Origin: an uncultured Treponema sp.
GTDB lineage: Bacteria; Spirochaetota; Spirochaetia; Treponematales; Treponemataceae
Assembly: GCA_947167345.1 (NCBI GenBank)
Contig: CAMVHR010000004.1
Span: 41,793 to 105,792, forward strand
Reading direction: 5' to 3'
DNA length: 64,000 nucleotides
Part shown: in pieces, positions 1 through 9,281 of the stretch
Layout: the number at the start of each line of letters is the position of its first letter
Position numbering within the stretch: the stretch's first letter is position 1
Program-made: the position numbers and the translations under genes
The notes under the pieces: model-generated
Seen by the model: the letters and a program-made list of their open reading frames with translations, nothing else
Told to the model about the DNA's origin: nothing
Databases searched by the model: none

Positions 1-1070
1 TTTTTCATTGCCTCAACACCCTTATTGATTTCCCGTGTGGTTCTTCCAATGAGGATGTAGGCTACGGCCATCATGATGATTAGAATGATGATGAATGCAA
101 CGATAACTATTGCACCTACGCTTTTCTGCACTCTGTTTATTTCGGATTCAGGTACGTTTAGTCCTACAAACCAAACTTCGTCCGCATTTTCAACCTTGAT
201 TGGCTGGAATATATGAAAGTCACCCTTTTCTGTGTAGGTGATTGTTTCCAGTGTCTTTGCAGAATCTTTGAATTTCTGAGAGACCGGGCCTGTAGAAAAT
301 TTGTCGAAAATCTGACCTTCTATGGACTCATCTTTGTCTACTGCAATCAAACCTGAGTGGGCAATAAGCGAAAGGCTTCCTGTCTGATAGATTTTTGCGG
401 ATTTGAGCAGTGTAGAAAGGGTGTCCAGAGCCATGTCCAGCCCGACAACACCGATAGGTTTGCCGTTTTTGTCATGAATAGGGAATGCAACTCCGCAGAC
501 CCACATCATTTGCCCTCCGACTTCATAGAGGTTTGGCTGAATCAGTATGCCTTTTGTACGTCTGAGGGGGTCTACATACCAGAAACCACCTTCGTAATCA
601 GTAAGTTCAACGCAGTCAATTGTGCTTCCTGATTTTGTCCAGTAGGGAATGAATCTTCCTGTCTTGTCATGATGAGGTGCATTTACATACTGTGCATCCA
701 TTCCATCGAGGGCATTAGGCTCCCAGACGCACCATGTGTCTACAAAGCCTTCATTTTTTACGAGTACTTCTTTGAGTAAGTTGTCAAAGAATGCACGGCG
801 TTCTCCTGCCGGAATGGATTCATACTGTTCCATTGTGGCCTTAAGGGTTGCACATACATTGTATTCATTTGCAATGATGGCTCTTGTTGATGAGGAATAG
901 TATTCTGCTGTGCGTGTCAGATAGTCATTGGAAAGTTTTGAAAGTCCGTTGTTTACATTTACATAGATGAAAGTTGCGCATAAAAAAAGAAGAAAGAAGA
1001 GTGATGCACCTATGCTGATTGCAAGCTGTCTTTTAATGCTTTTATTAAAGATATTTGTGTTTGCAGTCAT
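1..1070 (-). CDS. Methyl-accepting chemotaxis protein, N-terminal part (TM1-dCache-TM2-start of HAMP); runs off left edge
   Basis: Manual translation from ATG at 1070 (AGGAG SD upstream): MTANTNIFNKSIKRQLAISIGASLFFLLFLCATFIYV..., second hydrophobic helix VGAIVIVAFIIILIIMMAVA then TREINKGVEAMK; absent from the ORF track because its stop lies outside the window. Confidence 0.8.
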   Translation of the reverse strand, partial: MTANTNIFNKSIKRQLAISIGASLFFLLFLCATFIYVNVNNGLSKLSNDYLTRTAEYYSSSTRAIIANEYNVCATLKATMEQYESIPAGERRAFFDNLLKEVLVKNEGFVDTWCVWEPNALDGMDAQYVNAPHHDKTGRFIPYWTKSGSTIDCVELTDYEGGFWYVDPLRRTKGILIQPNLYEVGGQMMWVCGVAFPIHDKNGKPIGVVGLDMALDTLSTLLKSAKIYQTGSLSLIAHSGLIAVDKDESIEGQIFDKFSTGPVSQKFKDSAKTLETITYTEKGDFHIFQPIKVENADEVWFVGLNVPESEINRVQKSVGAIVIVAFIIILIIMMAVAYILIGRTTREINKGVEAMK

Positions 1071-1163
1071 GGAGAGTGGCTCCTTATATAATAGTATCTT
1101 TATAAATGGTAAGGGGATTTCTGCTGTTTGTCAAACTATTTAAAATTTATCTTATGAAAAACG

Positions 1164-1958
1164 TTAGTTTTTCAGTATGTCTACAAGATGAGAGCTTGCT
1201 CCAAGCAATTCAGGACGTTCGCATGTGGCAAGATGATAGTCTATAAAAAGTGAAAATGTTTCTTCATCCATTGCGTTGAGTTCCCTTCTCATGTAGTCGG
1301 CAGGTCCATCTGCCGCAATAATCTTTTCCCGCTTTAAGCCAGAAAGTTTATTCAGTTCTTCAATGTCTTCAAGCCGCAGGTATGTGTACAGTTCGTCTTC
1401 CGAGACGACTGTGTGAAAGTCAGGTGTAATTTTATTCTGGGCAATAGCTTCCTTTATGTGGTTCTGCTTGAAGCAATAAGTAAGAATGCTGTATTCGTTC
1501 ATGACGTAAGCGGCAAGGATGCATCCGCCTTTTTTTGTAACACGGCGTGCTTCTGCAATTGCCGTAAGCATGTCTTTTTGTGTGTGCAGGTGGTACAGCG
1601 GTCCGAATATAAGTGTTATGTCAAAACTTTCGTCGGGTAAAAAGTGTAAGTCGCGGGCATCTCCCGGCCAGCAGTTTACGGCGGAGTGTTTTGCTTCCAG
1701 TACGGCAAGGTTTCGTGGCACAAGTTCGACGGCTGTAACGGAATGCCCTTCTTTTGAAAGCGCAACGGAGTAGCGTCCAGTACCTGCTCCTATGTCAAGG
1801 ATTTTTACATCCTTTCTTTCGCATTTGCGTTCTTCCATGCACTTTTGTATGCATTCATGAATGTATTTCATTGAAGTTGTGAATTCTACAATGCCGTGTC
1901 GTGTTTCAAGGCGGTGTTCTTCATTAAATTTATTGTAATATTTTTCCAATGCCGTCAT
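1164..1958 (-). CDS. Class I SAM-dependent methyltransferase
   Basis: ILDIGAGTGRYS motif I and GPLYHL; start moved from 1967 to ATG 1958 because TATAAT (1971-1966) overlaps the first ATG. Confidence 0.85.
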   Translation of the reverse strand: MTALEKYYNKFNEEHRLETRHGIVEFTTSMKYIHECIQKCMEERKCERKDVKILDIGAGTGRYSVALSKEGHSVTAVELVPRNLAVLEAKHSAVNCWPGDARDLHFLPDESFDITLIFGPLYHLHTQKDMLTAIAEARRVTKKGGCILAAYVMNEYSILTYCFKQNHIKEAIAQNKITPDFHTVVSEDELYTYLRLEDIEELNKLSGLKREKIIAADGPADYMRRELNAMDEETFSLFIDYHLATCERPELLGASSHLVDILKN

Positions 1959-2057
1959 GCTTTTCATTATAGCTGAAATTCAGGGTGTTTTTAAAGGCTC
2001 TATTAACTGGCGTATTGCAGAAGATAAAAAGTTGATATTTGATTGATTTTCTCCTGG

Positions 2058-2218
2058 AACATTTCAAAACTTTAAGGTTTTATGACATGATTACTTAAGA
2101 GTTCATGATGCGATTTCTTAAGTAGTCATGACACAAGTACTTAAGAAATTGAGACACAACTACTTAAGTACTTGCGACACAACCTCTTAAGGATTCATGG
2201 CACAGTTTCTTAGAAAAC
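2058..2218. repeat. Degenerate 23-bp tandem repeat, 7 units, palindromic CTTAAG core
   Basis: CTTAAG at 2094, 2117, 2140, 2163, 2186; degenerate copies at 2071 (TTTAAG) and 2209 (CTTAGA); exact 23-bp spacing. Confidence 0.9.
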
Positions 2219-2295
2219 TGCAAATGTTGCTGTGCCGGTGGTATAAAATTTCATGTTGGACAGCCTTTTTTGCTTTTCAACTTGCATAGAGTGCG

Positions 2296-3153
2296 CTACA
2301 CTTCTTGCAAAGCTACCTCTTTTGCTATCTCAGCCGCCAGCTCTTCAATTTTTTCAATTGGCAGCTCAACAGCCTGTGCAATCTGCTTGTGAGACAAGAC
2401 TTTCATTGCAAGCAGGTTTCTGGCATTTGAAATTTTATTTGCATCCATGCCGGCTTGCATGCCCTCTTTTCTTCCAATACTGATGCCTTCTTTTCTGCCT
2501 TCAATTATCTTATCTTGGTCGTGTATGCTCATGTAAAAGTACAAGCCCTTGTTTGCCTCTACTGTCTTCTGCTGTTCTACCATGTTCTCTATCTCCTTTG
2601 TCAGGTCTGACTCTGGTGTTCCTGTCTGCACGAACCTAAGAAATTCCTGTAGACTCTCATTCTTTTCGTTTTCGTAAGCCGTACAGTTAAAGACCTTCAC
2701 GACAGAACTGTCCTTAAGGTCTACTTTTTTATTCTCATCACACCTGTATTTGAAGGTGTAGCATGGTTCGTTCCTACCGAACGGATCAAACCTGCACAAG
2801 AATATTATAACGCTCTTCTTTAGCTTTGAGTAGTCCTGACCTTTCAAAAGCTGGTCAATGTCCATCATTCCGCGGTAGTATCGTGAACGCTTGCCGATAT
2901 TGCTTTCGTTCTTGTTCTGTAGCTCAACATCGTAGATTGTATTTTCGCCCTGCACATAAACGTCAAGTCTTATGCCGTGAGACGAGTAAAACGGCTCAAA
3001 AGCTTTCTGCGATTCTGGAAAACTTATTTTCTTTATCTTAATGCCCATAAGGCATTCCAACACCTTGCGGCAGATTTCCGTGTCCTGCATTACAAGCCCG
3101 AACATGAAATCGTCGTGAAATGTAAGGTCTTCAAAGGGTTTTATGTTTTTCAT
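2296..3153 (-). CDS. Rpn family recombination-promoting nuclease / putative transposase (PD-(D/E)XK)
   Basis: DFMFGLVM N-terminus, IRLDVYV...YDVELQN nuclease motif, C-terminal EGRKEG-type repeats and helical tail. Confidence 0.88.
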   Translation of the reverse strand: MKNIKPFEDLTFHDDFMFGLVMQDTEICRKVLECLMGIKIKKISFPESQKAFEPFYSSHGIRLDVYVQGENTIYDVELQNKNESNIGKRSRYYRGMMDIDQLLKGQDYSKLKKSVIIFLCRFDPFGRNEPCYTFKYRCDENKKVDLKDSSVVKVFNCTAYENEKNESLQEFLRFVQTGTPESDLTKEIENMVEQQKTVEANKGLYFYMSIHDQDKIIEGRKEGISIGRKEGMQAGMDANKISNARNLLAMKVLSHKQIAQAVELPIEKIEELAAEIAKEVALQEV

Positions 3154-3349
3154 TTTTGCTCCTATATATGATATTCCTTTTGATTAGTACTTTTTGTACA
3201 TATTTTTGGAAAAAAAATGAAAAATTTACAAAAAAGACTGACCCGGAAGCATATTGTTGAAGCATTAGCCGGTTTGATCAAATCTCCCTCATCTTTTTGT
3301 GATTTTGCTTGAAAAGTCGCTCATGAAAGTGTAATCTATACTGAAACCT

Positions 3350-3805
3350 ATGAAATCTTTTTATGAAGATGGGCTGCATTTTGAATGCAAGCGATGCTCT
3401 GGATGTTGCGGAAAAACACCTGGAGTTGTATATCTTTCAAAACGCGATTTGCTTGCACTTTGTAATTTTTACCGCATGACACCACAGATATTTATAGAAA
3501 AATATTGCAAGTGGGAAATGTATTACGGTGGAAAAATCGTGCTCGCCCTGCAATCAAAAAAGAATAACGACTGCATTTTGTGGGACGAAGGCTGTTCTGC
3601 ATACGAAGCCCGCCCAATCCAGTGTTCGACCTATCCTTTTTGGGATTGGATTGTAAAAGATAAGGCAATGTGGGACGAATGTTCTGCCGATTGCCCTGGA
3701 ATGAACCATGGACGGCTGTGGAGCAAAAAAGAAATAGAATCATGCAGCACGCAGTATGCAGATAACACCCCTTTAGACCAGGAAGATTTTAAAACATCTG
3801 AATAA
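3350..3805 (+). CDS. YkgJ family cysteine-cluster (Zn/Fe-chelating) protein
   Basis: CKRCSGCC, C..YEARPIQCSTYPFW and CPG motifs. Confidence 0.85.
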   Translation: MKSFYEDGLHFECKRCSGCCGKTPGVVYLSKRDLLALCNFYRMTPQIFIEKYCKWEMYYGGKIVLALQSKKNNDCILWDEGCSAYEARPIQCSTYPFWDWIVKDKAMWDECSADCPGMNHGRLWSKKEIESCSTQYADNTPLDQEDFKTSE

Positions 3806-3809
3806 ACTA

Positions 3810-3840
3810 CTTGCATAAATATGCAGAATTCATATATACT
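3810..3840 (+). promoter_or_regulatory. Sigma70-type promoter of gltB overlapped by palindrome TGCATAAATATGCA
   Basis: TTGCAT (3811-3816)-N18-TATACT (3835-3840); TGCAT-AAAT-ATGCA at 3812-3825. Confidence 0.55.
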
Positions 3841-3852
3841 GATTCTATCGAC

Positions 3853-3920
3853 AAAGACGTCCGGTTTGACGCACTAACTGTGTCCGCACAGCAGGTGGGT
3901 CAAACCGGACGTCTTTTTTT
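3853..3920 (+). terminator. Leader intrinsic terminator (attenuator) upstream of gltB
   Basis: Perfect 18-bp inverted repeat 3853-3870 / 3899-3916, inner CTGTG-TCCG-CACAG hairpin, T7 tract 3914-3920; lies 36 nt before the gltB start. Confidence 0.8.
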
Positions 3921-3956
3921 TGCATAAAATATCAACTGGCAAGTAAGGGGGCTGGT

Positions 3957-6900
3957 GTGAAAAAGACATTGTATGAACCACAGTTTGAACATGATAACTG
4001 CGGTATTGGACTGGTAGTAAACATCGACGGAAAGGCAGAGCGCAAGATTGTAGATAATGCCCTTTCTATTGTAGAAAAACTGGAGCATCGTGCTGGAAAA
4101 GATGCCACTGGCGAAACTGGAGACGGTGTTGGCATTCTGCTTCAAATTTCTCATAATTTCTTTTCTCACGTTGCAAAAGAACTGGGATTTGAAATAGGAG
4201 GGGAACGCGATTACGGCGTAGGAATGTTCTTCTTTCCACAGGATCAGTATCTTCGTGCTCAGGCAAAGAAGATGATCGAATTCCTTACAAAAAAGGAAGG
4301 GCTTCAATTTTTAGGTTGGCGAGATGTTCCTGTAAATGAAAATGTTCTTGGACAAAGGGCTAAGGACTGCATGCCGGTAATCATGCAGTGTTTTATTGCG
4401 CGCCCTGCTGATGTTGCACAGGGAATTGATTTTGACCGCAGGCTGTATGTTCTTCGCCGTCAGTTTGAACATTCCCAGCTTCAAACTTATGTAGCTTCCC
4501 TTTCTTCCAGAACAATAGTTTATAAAGGAATGTTTCTTGTAAACCAGTTGCGTACATTTTATCTGGATTTGCTTAGCGAAGATTATGTTTCCGCCCTTGC
4601 TATTGTTCATTCGCGCTTCAGTACAAACACGCAGCCAAGCTGGGAGCGTGCTCATCCAAACCGCTTTATTGCCCACAACGGTGAAATCAACACAATACGC
4701 GGAAATGCAGACCGCATGATTGCCCGTGAAGAAACTCTTGCTTCTCCAACTTTGAGTGATGAAGATATCCGCAAGGTTTTCCCTGCTGTTAATACAAATG
4801 GTTCTGACTCTGCCATGCTCGACAATACATTGGAATTCCTTGTAATGAATGGAATGCCCCTCCCTCTTGCCGTCATGGTGTGCATTCCAGAACCATGGCG
4901 TAATGACATTACCATGAGCAAAGACAAGCAGGATTTCTATCATTACTGGGCAACAATGATGGAGCCATGGGATGGTCCTGCCGCAATCATTTTCAGCGAT
5001 GGCGATTTAGTCGGTGCAACACTTGACCGCAATGGTCTGCGTCCTTCACGCTATTACACAACAAAAGACGGAATGCTTATACTTTCAAGTGAAGTTGGTG
5101 TTCTTGATATTCCGGAAAGTAATATAGAAAAGAAGTCGCGACTCATGCCTGGCCGCATACTTCTTGTAGATACGAAAAATAAAAAAGTCATAACCGATAA
5201 AGAGTGCAAGGAATATTATTCACACCTTTATCCTTATGGAGAATGGTTGGATTTGAATTTGCTAAAACTGCGTGAACTGACTATTCCTAACAAAAAGATT
5301 CCTGTCAGCACACAGGAAGAGCGTGACATTTTGTACAAGTCATTCGGTTGGACTTATGAAGATGTCCGCGAAATGATTTTGCCAATGGCAAAGACTGGCA
5401 TTGAGCCAACGGCATCTATGGGTGTCGATACACCTTTGGCCGTTCTTTCTGACAAGCATCCTCCTTTGTTCTCTTATTTTAAACAGCTGTTTGCTCAGGT
5501 TACAAACCCTCCGATTGACTCTTTGCGCGAAAAGATTGTTACAGATACTACGGTATATCTTGGTAGTGACGGCAACATGCTTGAACCAGAAAGCAAAAGT
5601 TGCTCTGTTCTTGAAATCAATCATCCTATTCTTACTGGTGTTGATTTGCTTAAGATTAAAAATCTTAACAAGAGCGGCTTAAAGGCAGAGACTGTTTCTA
5701 TTTTGTATTATACAAACACATCATTGAAAGCTGCACTTGATGAGCTTTTTGTTTCAATAGACAGGGCTTACCGTGGTGGTTCAAACATCATCATTCTTTC
5801 TGACCGCGGTGTTGATGAAAACCACGTTGCAATTCCTTCTTTGCTTGCTGTAAGTGCCGTTGAGCAGTATTTAATCCGCACAAAAAAGCGTACCGCAATT
5901 TCTATTGTGCTTGAAAGTGCTGAGGTTAGGGATGTTCATCAGGCGGCTATGGTTCTTGGCTATGGTGCGCGTGCCGTAAACCCTTACCTTGCACACGAGT
6001 GCATTGCAGAACTGATAGATAAAAAGATTTTGGACAAAGACTATCACACTGCAATTGATGATTACAACTCTGCACTGCTTAACGGCATTGTCAAGATTGC
6101 GGCTAAGATGGGCATAAGCACAATACAGTCTTATCAGTCTGCACAGATTTTTGAAGCAGTCGGCATTGCAAAAGAAGTTGTTGATGAATATTTTACCAAT
6201 ACTGTAAGCCGTGTTGGCGGTATTGGAATGAAGGAAATTGAAGATGATGTAAACTATCATCACAACAGAGCTTTTGATCCGCTTGGATTGACTGTGGATA
6301 CAACTCTTGATAGCGTTGGAAATCATAAATTGCGTCGCGGTCCTAATTGCGAAGACCATCTTTATAATCCAGAAACAATTGTTGCTTTGCAGGAAGCAAC
6401 GCAGAAAGGCGATTATGGCCGCTTTAAGGAATATACAGCGCTGGTTGATTCTGTTGAAAAACCTCACACCTTGCGTGCATTGCTCAAGATAGATTACGAA
6501 AAATCTTCTGCAATTCCAATTGAAGAAGTTGAAGGCGTGGACAGCATTGTCCGCAGATTTAAAACTGGTGCAATGAGTTATGGTTCCATCAGTGAAGAAG
6601 CTCACAAGTGCATGGCGGCTGCAATGAATCATCTGCACGGCAAAAGCAATTCTGGTGAGGGCGGTGAAAAACCTGAGCGCATTGGTACAGAATATAACAG
6701 TGCAATCAAGCAGGTTGCTTCAGGACGTTTTGGCGTTACGGAAGAATATCTTTTGAGTGCCCAGGAAATTCAAATTAAAATGGCACAAGGTGCTAAGCCT
6801 GGTGAAGGTGGACATCTTCCAGGAAAGAAAGTTTACCCATGGATTGCAAAAACAAGATATGCAACTCCTGGTGTTGCTTTGATTTCACCACCACCACATC

Positions 6901-8480
6901 ATGATATCTATTCTATAGAAGATTTGGCACAGCTTATATATGACTTGAAAAATGCAAACCGTAAGGCACGCATCTCTGTAAAGCTTGTAAGTGAGGCTGG
7001 GGTCGGAACTATTGCAGCTGGTGTTGCAAAAGCAGGTGCTCAGGTAATTCTTATTTCGGGGCACGATGGTGGAACAGGAGCTGCTCCTATAAGTTCCATT
7101 CACCATGCAGGATTGCCGTGGGAGTTAGGACTTGCAGAAACTCATCAGACGCTCATTCAGAACGGACTTCGAAGCCGTGTTGTTATTGAGACAGACGGTA
7201 AATTGATGAGCGGACGTGATGTTGCTATTGCAGCTCTTCTTGGTGCAGAAGAATTTGGTTTTGCAACAGCTCCTCTTGTTACAATGGGATGCCGCATGAT
7301 GCGTGTGTGTCAGAAAGATACATGCCCGTTTGGTGTGGCAACTCAGAATTCTGCATTGCGTGAAAAATTCATTGGTAAACCTGAATATGTAGAAAACTTT
7401 ATGAAGTTTATTGCTCAGGAATTGCGTGAAATTATGGCTCTGCTTGGATTCCATTCCGTAGAAGAAATGGTTGGCCGTACAGATAAACTTTGCCTGAAAG
7501 ACAAAGCTCCTTCTTCTCGTTCAAATTTGGTGGATATGAGCCGCATTATCGGCTGGGTTCCAGAAGAAAATGACAGGACCCATTTTAACCCTGCTGATGT
7601 ATACGATTTCAAACTTGAAGAAACAATCGATGAAAGCATCCTTTTGAAAAAGTTTGAAAAGGCATTGAATAAAGGTAAGGTTTCACCTTGCAGTACTGAC
7701 ATTGTGGTTTCTTCTACAAACAGAACTGTTGGAACAATTCTTGGCTCTGAGATTCAGAGCAAGTTTGGCAGTTCCCTTGCAGAAGATACATTTACTGTAA
7801 ACTGTACTGGTGGTGGTGGTCAGAGCTTTGGTGCTTTCATTCCAAAGGGATTGACTATGCGCCTTACAGGCGATGCAAATGATTATCTTGGTAAGGGGTT
7901 GAGTGGCGGAAAGATTGTCGTTCATCCTTCGCCTGATGCTCCATACAAGGCTGAAGAAAACATTATTATTGGTAATGTTGCATTGTTTGGTGCTACAAGT
8001 GGAGAAGCTTACATAAACGGAATTGCAGGCGAGCGTTTCTGTGTCCGCAATTCTGGAGCTACTGTTGTTGTTGAAGGTTGTGGCGATCATGGTCTGGAAT
8101 ACATGACTGGTGGCATTGCCGTTATCCTTGGTCAGACAGGACGTAATCTTGCTGCAGGTATGAGTGGTGGAATTGCATATATTCTGGATATGAACCATCA
8201 GTTGTACAAAGCTGTAAACAAGCAGCTTGTAAGCATGAGTGAAGTTAGTGAGCAGCACGATATTGGTATGCTTAAAAACTTGATTGAAAAGCATACTAAG
8301 GAAACCGGCTCTGAATTGGGTAAAAAAATCCTTGCCGATTTTGAAACTTACCTGCCGTTCTTTAAGAAGATAATTCCAAACGATTATCACCGCATGCTTG
8401 TGGAAATAAGTCATGCAGAAGAACGTGGCCTGCCACATGAAGAAGCCGTAATGGAAGCATTTACTAAGATTACGGCGTAG
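3957..8480 (+). CDS. gltB: Glutamate synthase large subunit
   Basis: 1507 aa; HDNCGIG N-terminal Cys GATase motif, HSRFSTNT, AHNGEINT, AQGAKPGEGG FMN domain, CRMMRVCQKDTC Fe-S motif, C-terminal GXGXG repeats. Confidence 0.97.
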   Translation: MKKTLYEPQFEHDNCGIGLVVNIDGKAERKIVDNALSIVEKLEHRAGKDATGETGDGVGILLQISHNFFSHVAKELGFEIGGERDYGVGMFFFPQDQYLRAQAKKMIEFLTKKEGLQFLGWRDVPVNENVLGQRAKDCMPVIMQCFIARPADVAQGIDFDRRLYVLRRQFEHSQLQTYVASLSSRTIVYKGMFLVNQLRTFYLDLLSEDYVSALAIVHSRFSTNTQPSWERAHPNRFIAHNGEINTIRGNADRMIAREETLASPTLSDEDIRKVFPAVNTNGSDSAMLDNTLEFLVMNGMPLPLAVMVCIPEPWRNDITMSKDKQDFYHYWATMMEPWDGPAAIIFSDGDLVGATLDRNGLRPSRYYTTKDGMLILSSEVGVLDIPESNIEKKSRLMPGRILLVDTKNKKVITDKECKEYYSHLYPYGEWLDLNLLKLRELTIPNKKIPVSTQEERDILYKSFGWTYEDVREMILPMAKTGIEPTASMGVDTPLAVLSDKHPPLFSYFKQLFAQVTNPPIDSLREKIVTDTTVYLGSDGNMLEPESKSCSVLEINHPILTGVDLLKIKNLNKSGLKAETVSILYYTNTSLKAALDELFVSIDRAYRGGSNIIILSDRGVDENHVAIPSLLAVSAVEQYLIRTKKRTAISIVLESAEVRDVHQAAMVLGYGARAVNPYLAHECIAELIDKKILDKDYHTAIDDYNSALLNGIVKIAAKMGISTIQSYQSAQIFEAVGIAKEVVDEYFTNTVSRVGGIGMKEIEDDVNYHHNRAFDPLGLTVDTTLDSVGNHKLRRGPNCEDHLYNPETIVALQEATQKGDYGRFKEYTALVDSVEKPHTLRALLKIDYEKSSAIPIEEVEGVDSIVRRFKTGAMSYGSISEEAHKCMAAAMNHLHGKSNSGEGGEKPERIGTEYNSAIKQVASGRFGVTEEYLLSAQEIQIKMAQGAKPGEGGHLPGKKVYPWIAKTRYATPGVALISPPPHHDIYSIEDLAQLIYDLKNANRKARISVKLVSEAGVGTIAAGVAKAGAQVILISGHDGGTGAAPISSIHHAGLPWELGLAETHQTLIQNGLRSRVVIETDGKLMSGRDVAIAALLGAEEFGFATAPLVTMGCRMMRVCQKDTCPFGVATQNSALREKFIGKPEYVENFMKFIAQELREIMALLGFHSVEEMVGRTDKLCLKDKAPSSRSNLVDMSRIIGWVPEENDRTHFNPADVYDFKLEETIDESILLKKFEKALNKGKVSPCSTDIVVSSTNRTVGTILGSEIQSKFGSSLAEDTFTVNCTGGGGQSFGAFIPKGLTMRLTGDANDYLGKGLSGGKIVVHPSPDAPYKAEENIIIGNVALFGATSGEAYINGIAGERFCVRNSGATVVVEGCGDHGLEYMTGGIAVILGQTGRNLAAGMSGGIAYILDMNHQLYKAVNKQLVSMSEVSEQHDIGMLKNLIEKHTKETGSELGKKILADFETYLPFFKKIIPNDYHRMLVEISHAEERGLPHEEAVMEAFTKITA

Positions 8481-9132
8481 TTTTCCAGCTTAACCGCATT
8501 TGCAGAAAATCCTTTATATCCCCGTAAAAATCCATTTGCGGGGGCATAATGTTTATTTTCTTTAAAGCTTCCTGCACTAATGGGTTTTTGCAACAGCATG
8601 CAGCATTTGATGAAGCGTAAAACAAAACATCAAGCTGTAGCTTGTAGGCACTATCCTTTTGAATTTTGAGCATTTCGCTAAGTCTGTCTGTCAGAGTGTA
8701 AGCCAGATCATAATATTTCTTTTTGAAAACAGCCAGACGGTCTACCGTTACGTTTGTTTCAATTACAGGATTTAAATATGCAACATACCGCATGTAATCC
8801 TGATTGGCATTTAAAATTCCAGCCCACACTTCGGCAATAACTTCTTTTGAAAATTGATTTCCTTCTGGAAAAGCTGCAAGCAATGAATTGTAATAAGTAG
8901 TCATCTTGTCAGATGTAATTTCCAAAATTATTTCTTCTTTTGTAGTGACATATTTGTAAAGGTTTGCTCTAGACCAGTCCAGTTTCTCGGCAATAGTTGT
9001 GAGGGTTATTTCTGAATATGGCATGGTAGCAAAAAGCTCTGCCGCTGCATTTTTTATTTGAGAAAGTCGTTCTTCTTTGTGCTCATCGCTTCTGGCACGG
9101 ATAAAAGCTGACGTGTTTGTGGATTCTGCCAT
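8470..9132 (-). CDS. TetR/AcrR family transcriptional regulator
   Basis: N-terminal HTH (ITLTTIAEKLDWSRANLYKY); start set at ATG 9132, 6 nt after TG-TATATT; 3' end overlaps gltB by 11 bp. Confidence 0.88.
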   Translation of the reverse strand: MAESTNTSAFIRARSDEHKEERLSQIKNAAAELFATMPYSEITLTTIAEKLDWSRANLYKYVTTKEEIILEITSDKMTTYYNSLLAAFPEGNQFSKEVIAEVWAGILNANQDYMRYVAYLNPVIETNVTVDRLAVFKKKYYDLAYTLTDRLSEMLKIQKDSAYKLQLDVLFYASSNAACCCKNPLVQEALKKINIMPPQMDFYGDIKDFLQMRLSWKTTP

Positions 9133-9203
9133 AAAATTAATATACACTGCTTTTTAAAATTGTGCAATAAGTTACATTTTGTCATTAAAATATGTTTTTT
9201 TTA

Positions 9204-9232
9204 TTGACATCTTGGAAAAGATGTCGTACATT
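9204..9232 (+). promoter_or_regulatory. Promoter of DUF3737 gene with palindromic operator
   Basis: TTGACA (9204-9209)-N17-TACATT (9227-9232); GACATCTT-GGAA-AAGATGTC at 9206-9225. Confidence 0.65.
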
Positions 9233-9281
9233 TTAGATAAGTAACGCGATGTTGCTTATTACCGATGATGGGGGCGAGAAT

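Noticed and set aside
2058-2218. CRISPR or TIGR-type guide array
   Set aside because: Units are 23 bp with only 3-4 variable nt on each side of the core; no 25-45-nt unique spacers, no 36-nt TIGR unit, and no cas or Nop-domain gene nearby
2296-3153. Rpn gene as an IS element
   Set aside because: No terminal inverted repeats or target-site duplication found around it; transposase activity is unproven for this family
3900-8599. Numerous antisense and alternate-frame ORFs in gltB (and likewise in the MCPs, iorA, the APE genes and cstA)
   Set aside because: They shadow long motif-bearing genes, lack SDs and domains, and are expected from codon bias
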